From assembly GCA_023659935.1 (NCBI GenBank), contig JAGXOK010000001.1, positions 9,569 through 73,568 on the forward strand: 64,000 nt of DNA. The letters run 5' to 3'. The stretch comes from Candidatus Aenigmarchaeota archaeon LH_S6 (lineage in GTDB: Archaea > Aenigmatarchaeota > Aenigmatarchaeia > QMZS01). The notes under the pieces are model-generated. The model was given only the letters and a program-made list of their open reading frames with translations. It was not told the origin of the DNA and ran no database searches. Of the stretch, positions 47,648 through 59,455 are shown piece by piece. Numbering within the stretch: the first letter of the stretch is position 1; every line of letters begins with the position of its first letter. The position numbers were made by a program, and so were the translations under genes.

Positions 47648-47940
47648 GGTGTAGGGAATTAACCAAATTAATAGGTGGAAGTTAGTAATTTGATAAGGTT
47701 GTTAATAAACAAAGAGATAGTTCCACCACAGAAAGGCAGAGGTAGAAGCATAAGGTGAAACTACAAAAACCAAATCGGTGGTTCCACATTGTGGAGGCTA
47801 TGGAAATCTAGCGAGAATAAGAGTATTGATTTATCAGAGACTTAAGGAGTTCAATAACTGTCAGATAAACAAATACTTAAAAGCCAATCAGAAAGTAAGA
47901 AGGAACCTTGGATTAACAGAAGTCTCCGAATTCTTTTATT
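47648..47940 (+). mobile_element. DDE IS (IS5/IS4-like) left end with degenerate transposase 5' part
   Basis: VPPQKGRGR...GYGNLARIRVLIYQRLK..NKYLKANQKVRRNLGLTEV; end sequence shared with 39381. Confidence 0.55.
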
Positions 47941-48817
47941 TAGTAAGAAGAAACAACCAAACCGGAATAAATAAAATCTCTTTTTTATCAATTTCTTCTT
48001 TCTTAAACAAATCTTTTGTAACAACAATACCTTTTTTTTAACTTAAATTTATCACAGAACTTTAAAAGACTTCTCAAATCATTTTTAGTAATTTGCGACT
48101 TATACTTAACTTCTATTGGAATTAATTTATTTTGTTTCTTAAGGATTATATCTACTTCATCTTTTTGTTGGGTTCTCCAAAAGGAAATTTTTTCAAGATT
48201 ATTTACCATAAGGGACTCCACCAGATGTCCTGAAACTTCTGTGTTTATAACTTCAAAAGGATAATCCAACAAACCCAAAACAATAGAAGGATGAGCAATA
48301 AAGTGTTTCTTGTTTGCTCTCACCTGCTTGGCAACACTCGCAGTGAAATTGTAAACAATTCTTATCAAATATGATTTTTCTAATAAGTTAATATAAAAGG
48401 ATACAAGATTTCTGTTAATTTTTAAAATTCTTGAGATATTTATTATTTCAAATAATTGTGCATTACTATTTACCAAAATTCTAAATAATTCATAGATTAC
48501 TTTTTCGTTAGAATCTGTAATTCTTGCTATATCACTAATTGCTTTTTCAACCACAGATTCTTTTATATATTTATTGATAAATTCCTTATCTTTTATTTCA
48601 AGCAATTCTGGAAAACCTCCTTTTACCAAGTAATCCTCAAATAATTTCTTATACTTTTCTTTCTTTGTTATAAATTTTAATTCATATTCTCTAAATAAAT
48701 TTTTTGCAGATATATCCTCTTTCAAACCAAAATATCTTACAAATTCTCTAAAAGTAAAAATTGGAAGATAAAAGGTAAGTATTCTCCCAGCAAGTGTTTC
48801 CTTATATTTTTTTAACT
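47939..48817 (-). pseudogene. 5'-truncated AAA_14/DUF4143 ATPase
   Basis: ETLAGR, YLVKGGFPE, FWRTQQKDEVDII..PIEVK; Walker A missing; frameshift in A-run near 48030. Confidence 0.8.
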
Positions 48818-49093
48818 CTAAACTTTTGGCCCCTTAAAAAAGTTTTTCTCCCTGTGTTCTGTATTTGAAAATGTATCCTCAACAGAAAATCCTCTCTTCA
48901 CTTTATCCTTTCTTACTACATTTTTCAATTCAACAGGCTGAAAGCATGGTCTTTCTTTAACTTCAATTTTGTCGATTTTATCAAATTGTTTCTTAACCTC
49001 CTGTAAATCTTTTTTAAATTTTTTAATTTCTTCCTCAGTTAATTTTAACCTCGCCAGTTTAGCAATTTCCCTAACTTCAATTTCCTCACTCAT
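48818..49093 (-). CDS. gatC: Asp/Glu-tRNA amidotransferase subunit C
   Basis: IAKLARLKL, NVVRKD, FFKGPKV. Confidence 0.9.
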   Translation of the reverse strand: MSEEIEVREIAKLARLKLTEEEIKKFKKDLQEVKKQFDKIDKIEVKERPCFQPVELKNVVRKDKVKRGFSVEDTFSNTEHREKNFFKGPKV

Positions 49094-49116
49094 AAATTTA
49101 GTAGTAAAAGAATATT

Positions 49117-52100
49117 ATGACTGAAGAATATTTTAAAAATCTAAAATTACAAATTGATAAGTTATACTATATTGCTGGGAAAGCTAAGGAGAGTGGGAAA
49201 GATTATGAACTTTTTGTAGAGAGTAAAAGGGCTGCTGACAAAGATAATAGGTGTATTGATATTTTAGCAATAGTTTATCCTCAGTTAGATAAACACAGAG
49301 AAGAGATAATTTCCAGAATATTGGAACTAGAAAAAAAATATAGCATTGGTGGGGATGAGGTTGCTTTGGAGATATCAAAGGAAATAGCCACAGAAAAATT
49401 TTGCAAGTTTGAATCCAAGGAAGAGGCAATTTTAGCTGGTTTGAGATTAGGATGTGCTTATAATACACAGGGAGTTGTTGGAGCCCCAATAGAAGGAATA
49501 ACAGGAGTAAAAATAGACCCAAAAGAGAATTTTCTTTATGTTTATTACGCTGGACCTATCAGGACAGCAGGAGGAACAGCCCAGGTATTTACCTTATTTA
49601 TTGCGGATTATTTGAGAAAAACCCTTGGATTAGAAAGGTATAAGCCAATAAAGGCAGAAATAGAAAGGTATTATACTGAGGTTACGGATTATTTAACTTA
49701 TGTAACAAAAAAGCAGTACAAGCCAAATGAAGAAGAAATTAGTTTTCTTGTTAGAGGAGTACCAATTTGTATCACTGGAGAACCAACAGAGAAAAGAGAG
49801 GTATCAAAGTACAAAGACTTAAAGAGAGCTGAAACAGCAAGAATAAGGGGTGGAATGTGTTTGATTTATTTAGATGGTCTATCCCTAAAAGCAAACAAAC
49901 TACTTAAAAAACTAAAAAGCTATGGAGCTCGGTTTGGTCTAACAGAGACTTGGAACTGGCTTGAAGATTTTATAAAACTGAAGGAGAGTAAAGCAGAGAA
50001 TACAGAAGGCTCTAAAGAATACAAATTCCTTGAAGAGGTTCCCGCAGGCAGGCCAGTATATTCCATGCCAACAATGAAAGGAGGTTTCAGACTGAGGTAT
50101 GGAAGAACTAGAAATACAGGTTCAGGATGCTTTGGTTTCCACCCTGCAACTTTAGAAATACTCGACTCTTTTCCTGCAATAGGCTCACAGATGAAAATTG
50201 AACTTCCAGGAAAAAGTTGTACTGTTGCAGTTTGTGATTACATAGAAGGACCTATTGTTAAACTAAAAAGTAGGAATGTTATTAAAATAGATACAATAAC
50301 AAAGGCAAGAGAAATTAAACAGGAAATTGATAAAATTCTTTTTATTGGAGATATTCTAATTTCTTTTGGAGACTTCTATGAAAACAGTGAAAAATTAATT
50401 AAGAGCCCTTATGTGGAAGAAGAGTGGAAACTTGATTTGGAAGAAAAAATAGAAGAAACTTCAAAATTAATTGGTGAGGAAAGAGTAAAAGAATTAGTAA
50501 AAAACCCAAAAGACATAAATTCCGAGGAAGCAATAAAACTCTCTCAGATTTTGCCTTTACACCCAAAATATCTTTATTTCTATGATAACTTCTCTTCAGA
50601 AGAATTGGCAAGTTTAATAGAATATCTGAATTCTGGAGAGAAAAAAGATAATCAACTAATCCTAAGAAATAGGGAGGAAAAGAAACTACTTGAAAAAGCA
50701 GTTATTCAACACTTTGTTTCACCAGACAAGTTATATATTATTATTGAAGATTTTTTACCTATTCTAAAAACTTTTGAGGGAGTTGATTTGATAGAACTTA
50801 GGAAAAGTGATTTAAGTGGTTTTGCTCTTGTAAATAAATTCTCAAAACTTGAGATTAAAGACAAAGTTACAAGATATATAGGAGCAAGAATGGGAAGACC
50901 GGAGAAAGCACAAGAGAGAAAGATGAAGGGTTCCCCACAGATATTATTTCCTGTGGGTCAGGAGGGTGGTAAGATGAGAAATATGGTTGAAGTTTCCCAG
51001 ATTACAGCAGAAACAAGTGATTTTACCTGTCCTGAGCATAGGAGTTCAATATTTCCTTACTGTCTTAGATGCGGAAAACATCTGAAAAACCCAAAAATTG
51101 TTAAGAAAAAAATAAATGTTACAGGTTTGTTAAATGAGGCTTACAAAAACTTGAATGAGCACAGATTACCTCTAATAAAAGGGGTTAGAGGAACCAGTTC
51201 AAAACACAAGGTCCCAGAGCCAATAGAAAAAGGTATTTTAAGAGCAAAACACAATTTATATGTTTTTAGGGATGGAACAATTAGATATGATATCGTTAAT
51301 GCTCCTTTAACACATTTTAAACCAAAAGAAATTCAGACATCTGTTGAAAAATTAAGGAAATTGGGATATAAAAAAGATATTTATAGGAAGGAATTGGTAA
51401 GTGAAGAGCAAGTATTAGAACTTTTTCCGCAGGATTTTGTAATTTCCAACTATGGTGAAAAGAGTGCAGCTGATTATTTTTTATCTATTACAAAATTTGT
51501 TGATGAAGAACTTAAAAATTTTTATAAAACTAGACCTTTTTACAATGTAAAAAAGAAAGAGGATTTGATAGGACACTTGTTTCTGAATATTGCCCCTCAC
51601 ATAATTTCTCCTGTTGTCTGCAGATTAATTGGATTTACAGCAAACAGGTGTCATTATGCACATCCTTATCTATTTGCTGCAACTAGGAGGGATTGCGATG
51701 GAGAAGAAAATGGTATAATTTTGATGCTTGACTGTCTTCTGAATTTTTCAAAAGAATATTTACCAGCCAAGAAGGGGAGTATATCTGATGCTCCTCTGAC
51801 AATAACAACAATATTAGATTTGGGAGAAGTAGATGATGAAGTTTATGATTTAGATATTGCTTTTAGATACCCAAAAGAATTCTATGAAAAAACAGAAAAA
51901 CAGGTTTATCCATCAGATGTTAAGATAGAGAGGGTTGCTGACAGACTTAATTTAGAAAATAAATATTCTGGTCTTGGATATACAACAGAAACAACAGATT
52001 TCAATACAGGGGTTCATTTGACAAGATATAAGGATGTTACAGATATGGTTGAAAAAGTTATGATCCAATTAAAACTAGCAGAAAAATTGAAATGTGTTGA

Positions 52101-52434
52101 TGAAAAACTTGTCGCTTACAAAATTCTATCAACTCATTTTTTGAAAGACTTAAAAGGAAATTCCAGAACATTCTTTAGACAAACATTTAGATGTATTAAC
52201 TGCAATACAATCTATAGGAGACCTCCCCTATCTGGCAAATGTCTAAAATGTAGTGGTAATCTTGTTTTAACTGTTTCAGAAGGTACAATCTCAAAATATC
52301 TGGAAGCAAGCAAAAAAATTGCAGAGCAATATAATATTCCAGACTATACAAAAGAACAACTAAAACTTTTGGAGAATCAACTGGAAAATGTTTTTGGAAA
52401 GAAGCCAAGGCAGTTTTCTCTGGGTGCTTTTTAA
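49117..52434 (+). CDS. polC: DNA polymerase D large subunit DP2
   Basis: YAGPIRTAGGT, GGFRLRYGR, GARMGRPEKA, DGTIRYD, C-terminal Zn finger. Confidence 0.97.
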   Translation: MTEEYFKNLKLQIDKLYYIAGKAKESGKDYELFVESKRAADKDNRCIDILAIVYPQLDKHREEIISRILELEKKYSIGGDEVALEISKEIATEKFCKFESKEEAILAGLRLGCAYNTQGVVGAPIEGITGVKIDPKENFLYVYYAGPIRTAGGTAQVFTLFIADYLRKTLGLERYKPIKAEIERYYTEVTDYLTYVTKKQYKPNEEEISFLVRGVPICITGEPTEKREVSKYKDLKRAETARIRGGMCLIYLDGLSLKANKLLKKLKSYGARFGLTETWNWLEDFIKLKESKAENTEGSKEYKFLEEVPAGRPVYSMPTMKGGFRLRYGRTRNTGSGCFGFHPATLEILDSFPAIGSQMKIELPGKSCTVAVCDYIEGPIVKLKSRNVIKIDTITKAREIKQEIDKILFIGDILISFGDFYENSEKLIKSPYVEEEWKLDLEEKIEETSKLIGEERVKELVKNPKDINSEEAIKLSQILPLHPKYLYFYDNFSSEELASLIEYLNSGEKKDNQLILRNREEKKLLEKAVIQHFVSPDKLYIIIEDFLPILKTFEGVDLIELRKSDLSGFALVNKFSKLEIKDKVTRYIGARMGRPEKAQERKMKGSPQILFPVGQEGGKMRNMVEVSQITAETSDFTCPEHRSSIFPYCLRCGKHLKNPKIVKKKINVTGLLNEAYKNLNEHRLPLIKGVRGTSSKHKVPEPIEKGILRAKHNLYVFRDGTIRYDIVNAPLTHFKPKEIQTSVEKLRKLGYKKDIYRKELVSEEQVLELFPQDFVISNYGEKSAADYFLSITKFVDEELKNFYKTRPFYNVKKKEDLIGHLFLNIAPHIISPVVCRLIGFTANRCHYAHPYLFAATRRDCDGEENGIILMLDCLLNFSKEYLPAKKGSISDAPLTITTILDLGEVDDEVYDLDIAFRYPKEFYEKTEKQVYPSDVKIERVADRLNLENKYSGLGYTTETTDFNTGVHLTRYKDVTDMVEKVMIQLKLAEKLKCVDEKLVAYKILSTHFLKDLKGNSRTFFRQTFRCINCNTIYRRPPLSGKCLKCSGNLVLTVSEGTISKYLEASKKIAEQYNIPDYTKEQLKLLENQLENVFGKKPRQFSLGAF

Positions 52435-52674
52435 TTGCTCTACGGATTAATGAAATAAAACTATTTATTGTTTTCGGTTGTGGAATATATATATTGAATA
52501 CTCAAAATCTTTAAATATTTTATCTATATATAAAAAAAATGAGATACGACGAAGATGAGGAATCTGAAGACGGGGAGGATGAATAAATCTAATTTATAAA
52601 TAGAGAAATATAGTGAAGACCCAAAGATTTTTATTTTTTATTTCGTTGTTTTTTTAAAAGATTTAAAGATATTT

Positions 52675-53037
52675 ATGGTATTTTGGCACTTGAGAAGTAG
52701 GAAAAAGAAAACCGGAGGCATAGCAAAAAAAAATAGGAAAAAAAAGAAGTTTGAGAGGGGAGGTTATTTTATTTCAACAAAAATAGGGAAAAATAAAGTA
52801 AAGGTAAATAGAGTTAGAGGTGGAAATACTAAATTAAAGTTGCTAACTACAGAATTTGTTAATGTTGGAGGGAAAAAATACAAAATTCTCCAGGTTTTGG
52901 AAAACAAGGCAAATTTTTGGTTTGCGCGGGAGAAAACAATCACAAAAGGAGCAATTATTGAGATTGAGAAAGGAAAAGTCAGAGTTACATCAAGACCAGG
53001 ACAGGATGGTTTGGTTAATGGAGTTTTTGTTGAGTAA
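52675..53037 (+). CDS. rps8e: 30S ribosomal protein S8e
   Basis: RVRGGN.K, ITKGAII, VTSRPGQDG. Confidence 0.97.
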   Translation: MVFWHLRSRKKKTGGIAKKNRKKKKFERGGYFISTKIGKNKVKVNRVRGGNTKLKLLTTEFVNVGGKKYKILQVLENKANFWFAREKTITKGAIIEIEKGKVRVTSRPGQDGLVNGVFVE

Positions 53038-53127
53038 AAGAGTAATATTAAAGAAATTGCAGATATTAGTAAAGAAACTTTCTATATCAATTTCATACAT
53101 CGCATTATATAATATTTTTATATATTT

Positions 53128-54198
53128 ATGAACAAACGAGTTTTATCTTTCCTAGAAAAGAAGTGCCAACAACTTGTCAAAAAATATCCCCTAATTAAGG
53201 CAATTTTTGTTTATGGTTCATCTGTTAGAAAGAAGAAGATAACCAATGATGTTGACTGCGCTATAATTGTTGATGATACCTCTGAGCAGTTTAAGGAATC
53301 AATTCTTGATTATCTGGAGGGGGATATGGGGATTATTTCAAAAGAAGGAGACGAGAAATATAAGGTGGATATGCACTTTCAGTCCCCAAAACCTTTATCT
53401 ATGTGGTGGGATTCACTTAGAAGTGGAGAACCATGGGTAATAACATCTTTAAAAGACGCTTATGTTATCTATGATCCTTCTGATTATATAACTCCATTAA
53501 AATCTTTAATTAATCAGGGAAGAATGACTGGAACTAAAGAGAAGGCTCAGGCTTTGATTGAGAGGGCTCCTTATAGATACAAAGAAGCACAGAGAATGAT
53601 GCTTGATGAAGTAACAGAAGAATTATTATCTGCAATGGTTGAGACAGCACAAGCAGTTTTAATGTTTTTTGGGATTGCACCCCCAGCAGCAAGAGATATT
53701 CCAAAAGAATTAAGAAAAAATTTTGTTAGCCGGGGTCTGTTAAAGGAAAAAGTCGCAGACTGCATTGAGGATTTCTATGAAACAACAAACAAAATAAACC
53801 ACAGAGAAATTACAAAATTAAGCGGAAAAGAGATAAAAAAACTTTTGAACAGAGCAATTCTTTTTATTGACAAGATGGACGATTTGTTTTCCATACTTGA
53901 AGTTGCAAAAAAGAAAGACATTATTGAGAAATCCTATGAGAAAGCAATTAAAGTTTGCAAAAAGGCTCTGAAACTGAAATCGCCCAAATTAGATACAGAA
54001 ACCATGAAAAAATTCAAAAAAGAATTTGTTAATACAGGGATGATTTCAACAGATTATTTAAATCTGCTAAAAAAACTCGAAAAAATGAAAAATCTTGCAG
54101 AAAAAGGAAAACTTGGGAATATCCCAGAAAGAGACATTTATTCCTCAATTATTTACACAAAAAGTTTAGAGGAGATTTTAATGAAAAGGAAGAAATAG
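53128..54198 (+). CDS. Nucleotidyltransferase + HEPN-like fusion protein
   Basis: YGSSVR..NDVDCAIIVDD; YDP; AQAVLMFFGIAPP. Confidence 0.75.
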   Translation: MNKRVLSFLEKKCQQLVKKYPLIKAIFVYGSSVRKKKITNDVDCAIIVDDTSEQFKESILDYLEGDMGIISKEGDEKYKVDMHFQSPKPLSMWWDSLRSGEPWVITSLKDAYVIYDPSDYITPLKSLINQGRMTGTKEKAQALIERAPYRYKEAQRMMLDEVTEELLSAMVETAQAVLMFFGIAPPAARDIPKELRKNFVSRGLLKEKVADCIEDFYETTNKINHREITKLSGKEIKKLLNRAILFIDKMDDLFSILEVAKKKDIIEKSYEKAIKVCKKALKLKSPKLDTETMKKFKKEFVNTGMISTDYLNLLKKLEKMKNLAEKGKLGNIPERDIYSSIIYTKSLEEILMKRKK

Positions 54199-54239
54199 GT
54201 ATTTAAATAGTTTAAATATATATTATGGCAAAAGAACTT
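54165..54239 (+). repeat. 75-bp direct repeat, copy 1 (gene end + promoter + start codon)
   Basis: Matches 55130-55204 with 2 mismatches. Confidence 0.92.
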
Positions 54240-54578
54240 GGAAAAAAACAGGTCTATACTACTGGGGTTGAGCAGGTTCCAAAAACTACGGACTACAGAA
54301 ACGAAAGACTGGTATACAAAGTATATGAAAGTGCAAATAATCTGCTAAGTCGTAGAGGAGGTCCTAAGGGAGAAATAGAAGTTTTTGGGTATAAGAAGTC
54401 TGAAGAATATACCACAGAAGATGGTAAAACTGCTTTCAAAGTTGAACCCATCACTGATGAAAAAGAAAAGGTACGGTTAAGTAGGCGTTTAATACATACC
54501 GTTGCAGATAAGGTAGTAGCATATGGATCAGGAGATAGATGGTACCAGGGTAAGAAAACCAAAGATAACTATACCTAA
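54225..54578 (+). CDS. Hypothetical protein
   Basis: 117 aa; tttaaata TATA upstream; start lies in the repeat. Confidence 0.65.
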   Translation: MAKELGKKQVYTTGVEQVPKTTDYRNERLVYKVYESANNLLSRRGGPKGEIEVFGYKKSEEYTTEDGKTAFKVEPITDEKEKVRLSRRLIHTVADKVVAYGSGDRWYQGKKTKDNYT

Positions 54579-54622
54579 TACTAATTTTTTTTAATTTTTA
54601 ATATATTAAAACAAAATAAATT

Positions 54623-54886
54623 ATGGAGAAACAAATAGAAAAGTCTCTTCACAGAGAATTAAAAGGAATAAACCCAAAAATTTTTGCAGAGTCAAGAATA
54701 ATTGAAGAATCTGTTTTTCATCTTCTAAGAGTCAGAGAAGAATTAGATGATTTTATAGATACTTTAGAAATGTTATCTGATGAAAATTTTAGGAAAAATT
54801 TGGAGGAAGGGTTAAAACAATATAAAAATAAAGAAACCATTCCAACAACCCTAAATAATTTAAGAAAACAATTAAAAGATGAGTAA
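54623..54886 (+). CDS. Putative antitoxin (RelB/Phd-like)
   Basis: DTLEMLSDENF..L C-terminal motif; overlaps relE. Confidence 0.65.
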   Translation: MEKQIEKSLHRELKGINPKIFAESRIIEESVFHLLRVREELDDFIDTLEMLSDENFRKNLEEGLKQYKNKETIPTTLNNLRKQLKDE

Positions 54887-55134
54887 TTATCAATTAGAAT
54901 ATACAAAACTATTCATAAAGAAGCTAAAAAAGTTTGAATCTAGGATTAGAGACAGAATTTTACAGGCTATTGAAAACATCCTGGATAATCCTTACAATGG
55001 TTCTCAACTAGTTTTTTCCAAAGAAAAACTGTGGAAGTGGAGAATAGGGAATTATTTATAAAATAGATGAGAAAGAACCTAGAGTTGTATTAATCGTTGT
55101 GAACCACAGAAAACGGGTTTATAAAAGATTTTAG
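54879..55134 (+). pseudogene. relE: Frameshifted RelE/ParE toxin
   Basis: FIKKLKK..NPYNG..WRIGNY, then IIYKID..HRKRVY in another frame. Confidence 0.8.
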
Positions 55135-55204
55135 AGGAGATTTTAATGAAAAGGAAGAAATAAGTATTTAAATAGTTTAAATATATATTATGGCAGAAGA
55201 ACTT
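55130..55204 (+). repeat. 75-bp direct repeat, copy 2
   Basis: Matches 54165-54239. Confidence 0.92.
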
Positions 55205-55525
55205 AGAAAAAAAAGAGAAAACGTAGCAGAATATCTAACTAAGATGGTAGATTACACAAAGCAAGGTGAGGTAGATAAAGCAGATAGCAACTATCAAAAT
55301 GCAATGTCTCATTTAGACTATAATTCAAAAAAGAAGTTACACAAACTTGAGGATAGTGTAGGCTATAAAAGCGATACGGCTCCTGTAGCTAAAGGAGCTA
55401 GTGAAGTTATAAAATCGTATGCAAACTATATCAACAGAGAAATAAAAGAATTGAAAAAAGAGCAGAAAGAAGCAGAGGCAGCAGAAAAAAAATTCGCGAA
55501 AGTTAGAAAAAAATTAGAAAAATAA
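55190..55525 (+). CDS. Hypothetical helical protein
   Basis: 111 aa; same promoter/start as 54225 gene. Confidence 0.65.
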   Translation: MAEELRKKRENVAEYLTKMVDYTKQGEVDKADSNYQNAMSHLDYNSKKKLHKLEDSVGYKSDTAPVAKGASEVIKSYANYINREIKELKKEQKEAEAAEKKFAKVRKKLEK

Positions 55526-55555
55526 TTTTTTCTTTTTTAATATATAAACACTATT

Positions 55556-56341
55556 ATGTCCCCAAATACTGCAAAAATTGAAGAAAAACAAATTAATGCA
55601 GTAAAGGATTTTTGCTCGAAGATTCTAAAAGAATATAGGAGAGTTATAAAAGCAATCTGGTTGCTGAAACAGGAAACCGAGAGGTCCAAGGATTTGCTGA
55701 CAATTGTTTTACTTGATGACACAAAAAAAGTTGATGGAATTACAAAAAAGAAAATTGAAACAAAAGTTTTAGAAGAGGAAAGGAAGATCAAAAAGAAATA
55801 TGGAATTTCTCTTTATTCGAGTTTTTATTTGCTTTCTGATTATTGGGAGTTGATAAAACATGGTTCCCCAACAGTTTTCTGTGAAATCAGGGAAGGAATC
55901 CCAGTTTATGATCCAAGCGGGTTTTTTGTTCCTTTGAAAAAATTGTTGCTGCAGGGTAAAATTCCAGGAACAAAGGAAGCAATGAGAGATTTAATTGAAA
56001 AGGCTCCTGTAAGGATAAAGAGAGTTGAGACCCTGTTTAAAATTAAAATTCTAGAGCATTTGTTTAATGCTGTTGTTGAGGCGGGTCAGTCTCCTCTAAT
56101 CTTGGTTGGAGTTGCCCCTCCAACACCAAAAAAACTCGCAGAAAACCTGAAAATCCACTTTATAAGGAAAAAACAACTCGAGCCTGAATATCCAAAATAC
56201 TGCGAGCAGATTGTCAAATACTGGAAAGAGTACGAGCATAGTGAAATAAAAGTTGACTGGGAAGACATCGATGAAATTGCTGAAAAAACCGCAAAATTTG
56301 TTTCAAGAATGGAAAAATTAATGGAAATTGTTGAAAAATAG
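55556..56341 (+). CDS. Degenerate NTase + HEPN-like protein, paralogue of 53128 gene
   Basis: IKAIW, LLDDT, YDPSGF..PLK.L..QG.I.GTKE shared; GS/DxD motif eroded. Confidence 0.75.
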   Translation: MSPNTAKIEEKQINAVKDFCSKILKEYRRVIKAIWLLKQETERSKDLLTIVLLDDTKKVDGITKKKIETKVLEEERKIKKKYGISLYSSFYLLSDYWELIKHGSPTVFCEIREGIPVYDPSGFFVPLKKLLLQGKIPGTKEAMRDLIEKAPVRIKRVETLFKIKILEHLFNAVVEAGQSPLILVGVAPPTPKKLAENLKIHFIRKKQLEPEYPKYCEQIVKYWKEYEHSEIKVDWEDIDEIAEKTAKFVSRMEKLMEIVEK

Positions 56342-56481
56342 AATATTATTTCAATTAACAGATTATGAATATCAAAAATTTAGGAAAGGAAATAATTAAA
56401 AAACTGAAGGGTATAAACTATTTTGATAAACTTATCTTTGTTTATGTTTTTCTTCTAGTTTAGATTTATAATCTATATTAA

Positions 56482-58770
<2,289 letters not shown>

Positions 58771-59003
58771 AATTAAAACTTTTTATCTTTTAAATACTTT
58801 TTCTTTTAATCCAGACAGATTAATTTATTACTAAAAGGTTTTTTTTTCCCAATCTTGTAATACCCTACGGAACAAGAAGATTACAGTCACATAGGGATTT
58901 CATTTTTCTTATACTATCTTCCACCTATAACACTGATCTCCATGCAAACTTTTCTACTTCTTCTACAGTACTAAAAGTCTTGTACACAATTAGGTATATT
59001 AAT

Positions 59004-59417
59004 TTATTTTACTAATCCAAAAAAACTTTTTCCAAAGCAGTCACTAATTTCTATTTTTACACCTTTTACTCTTTCCAGTTTAGTTTCAAATACTATTGTC
59101 TTTTTTTCGGATTTTTTAAGTGGAGTTGTTATTTCCTTTACTTTTTCTTCTAAATCACTACTGGCGAAAACATAAACATTATACCTATCTATAGTTGGCC
59201 CTGTATTTTGTATTCTAAAGCTACCCTCTTTTGATGAAGAATCATAACTTACATTAAGAAATTCTACATTTATATCTTCACACAATTCTATATCTGTTAA
59301 CTGACCCTGTGTATAGCCCATAGCCCAAGTTCCGACAACTGCAGCAATTGCAGTACTAAACGCTATTAAAAGGACACTTGCAACTATCGGAGAAATTCCT
59401 TTTAATTTGTATTTCAT
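59004..59417 (-). CDS. Archaeal type IV pilin
   Basis: LKG/ISPIVASVLLI class III signal. Confidence 0.88.
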   Translation of the reverse strand: MKYKLKGISPIVASVLLIAFSTAIAAVVGTWAMGYTQGQLTDIELCEDINVEFLNVSYDSSSKEGSFRIQNTGPTIDRYNVYVFASSDLEEKVKEITTPLKKSEKKTIVFETKLERVKGVKIEISDCFGKSFFGLVK

Positions 59418-59455
59418 ATATATATTTATTCAAATAAATATAGTATAAATTGGTA

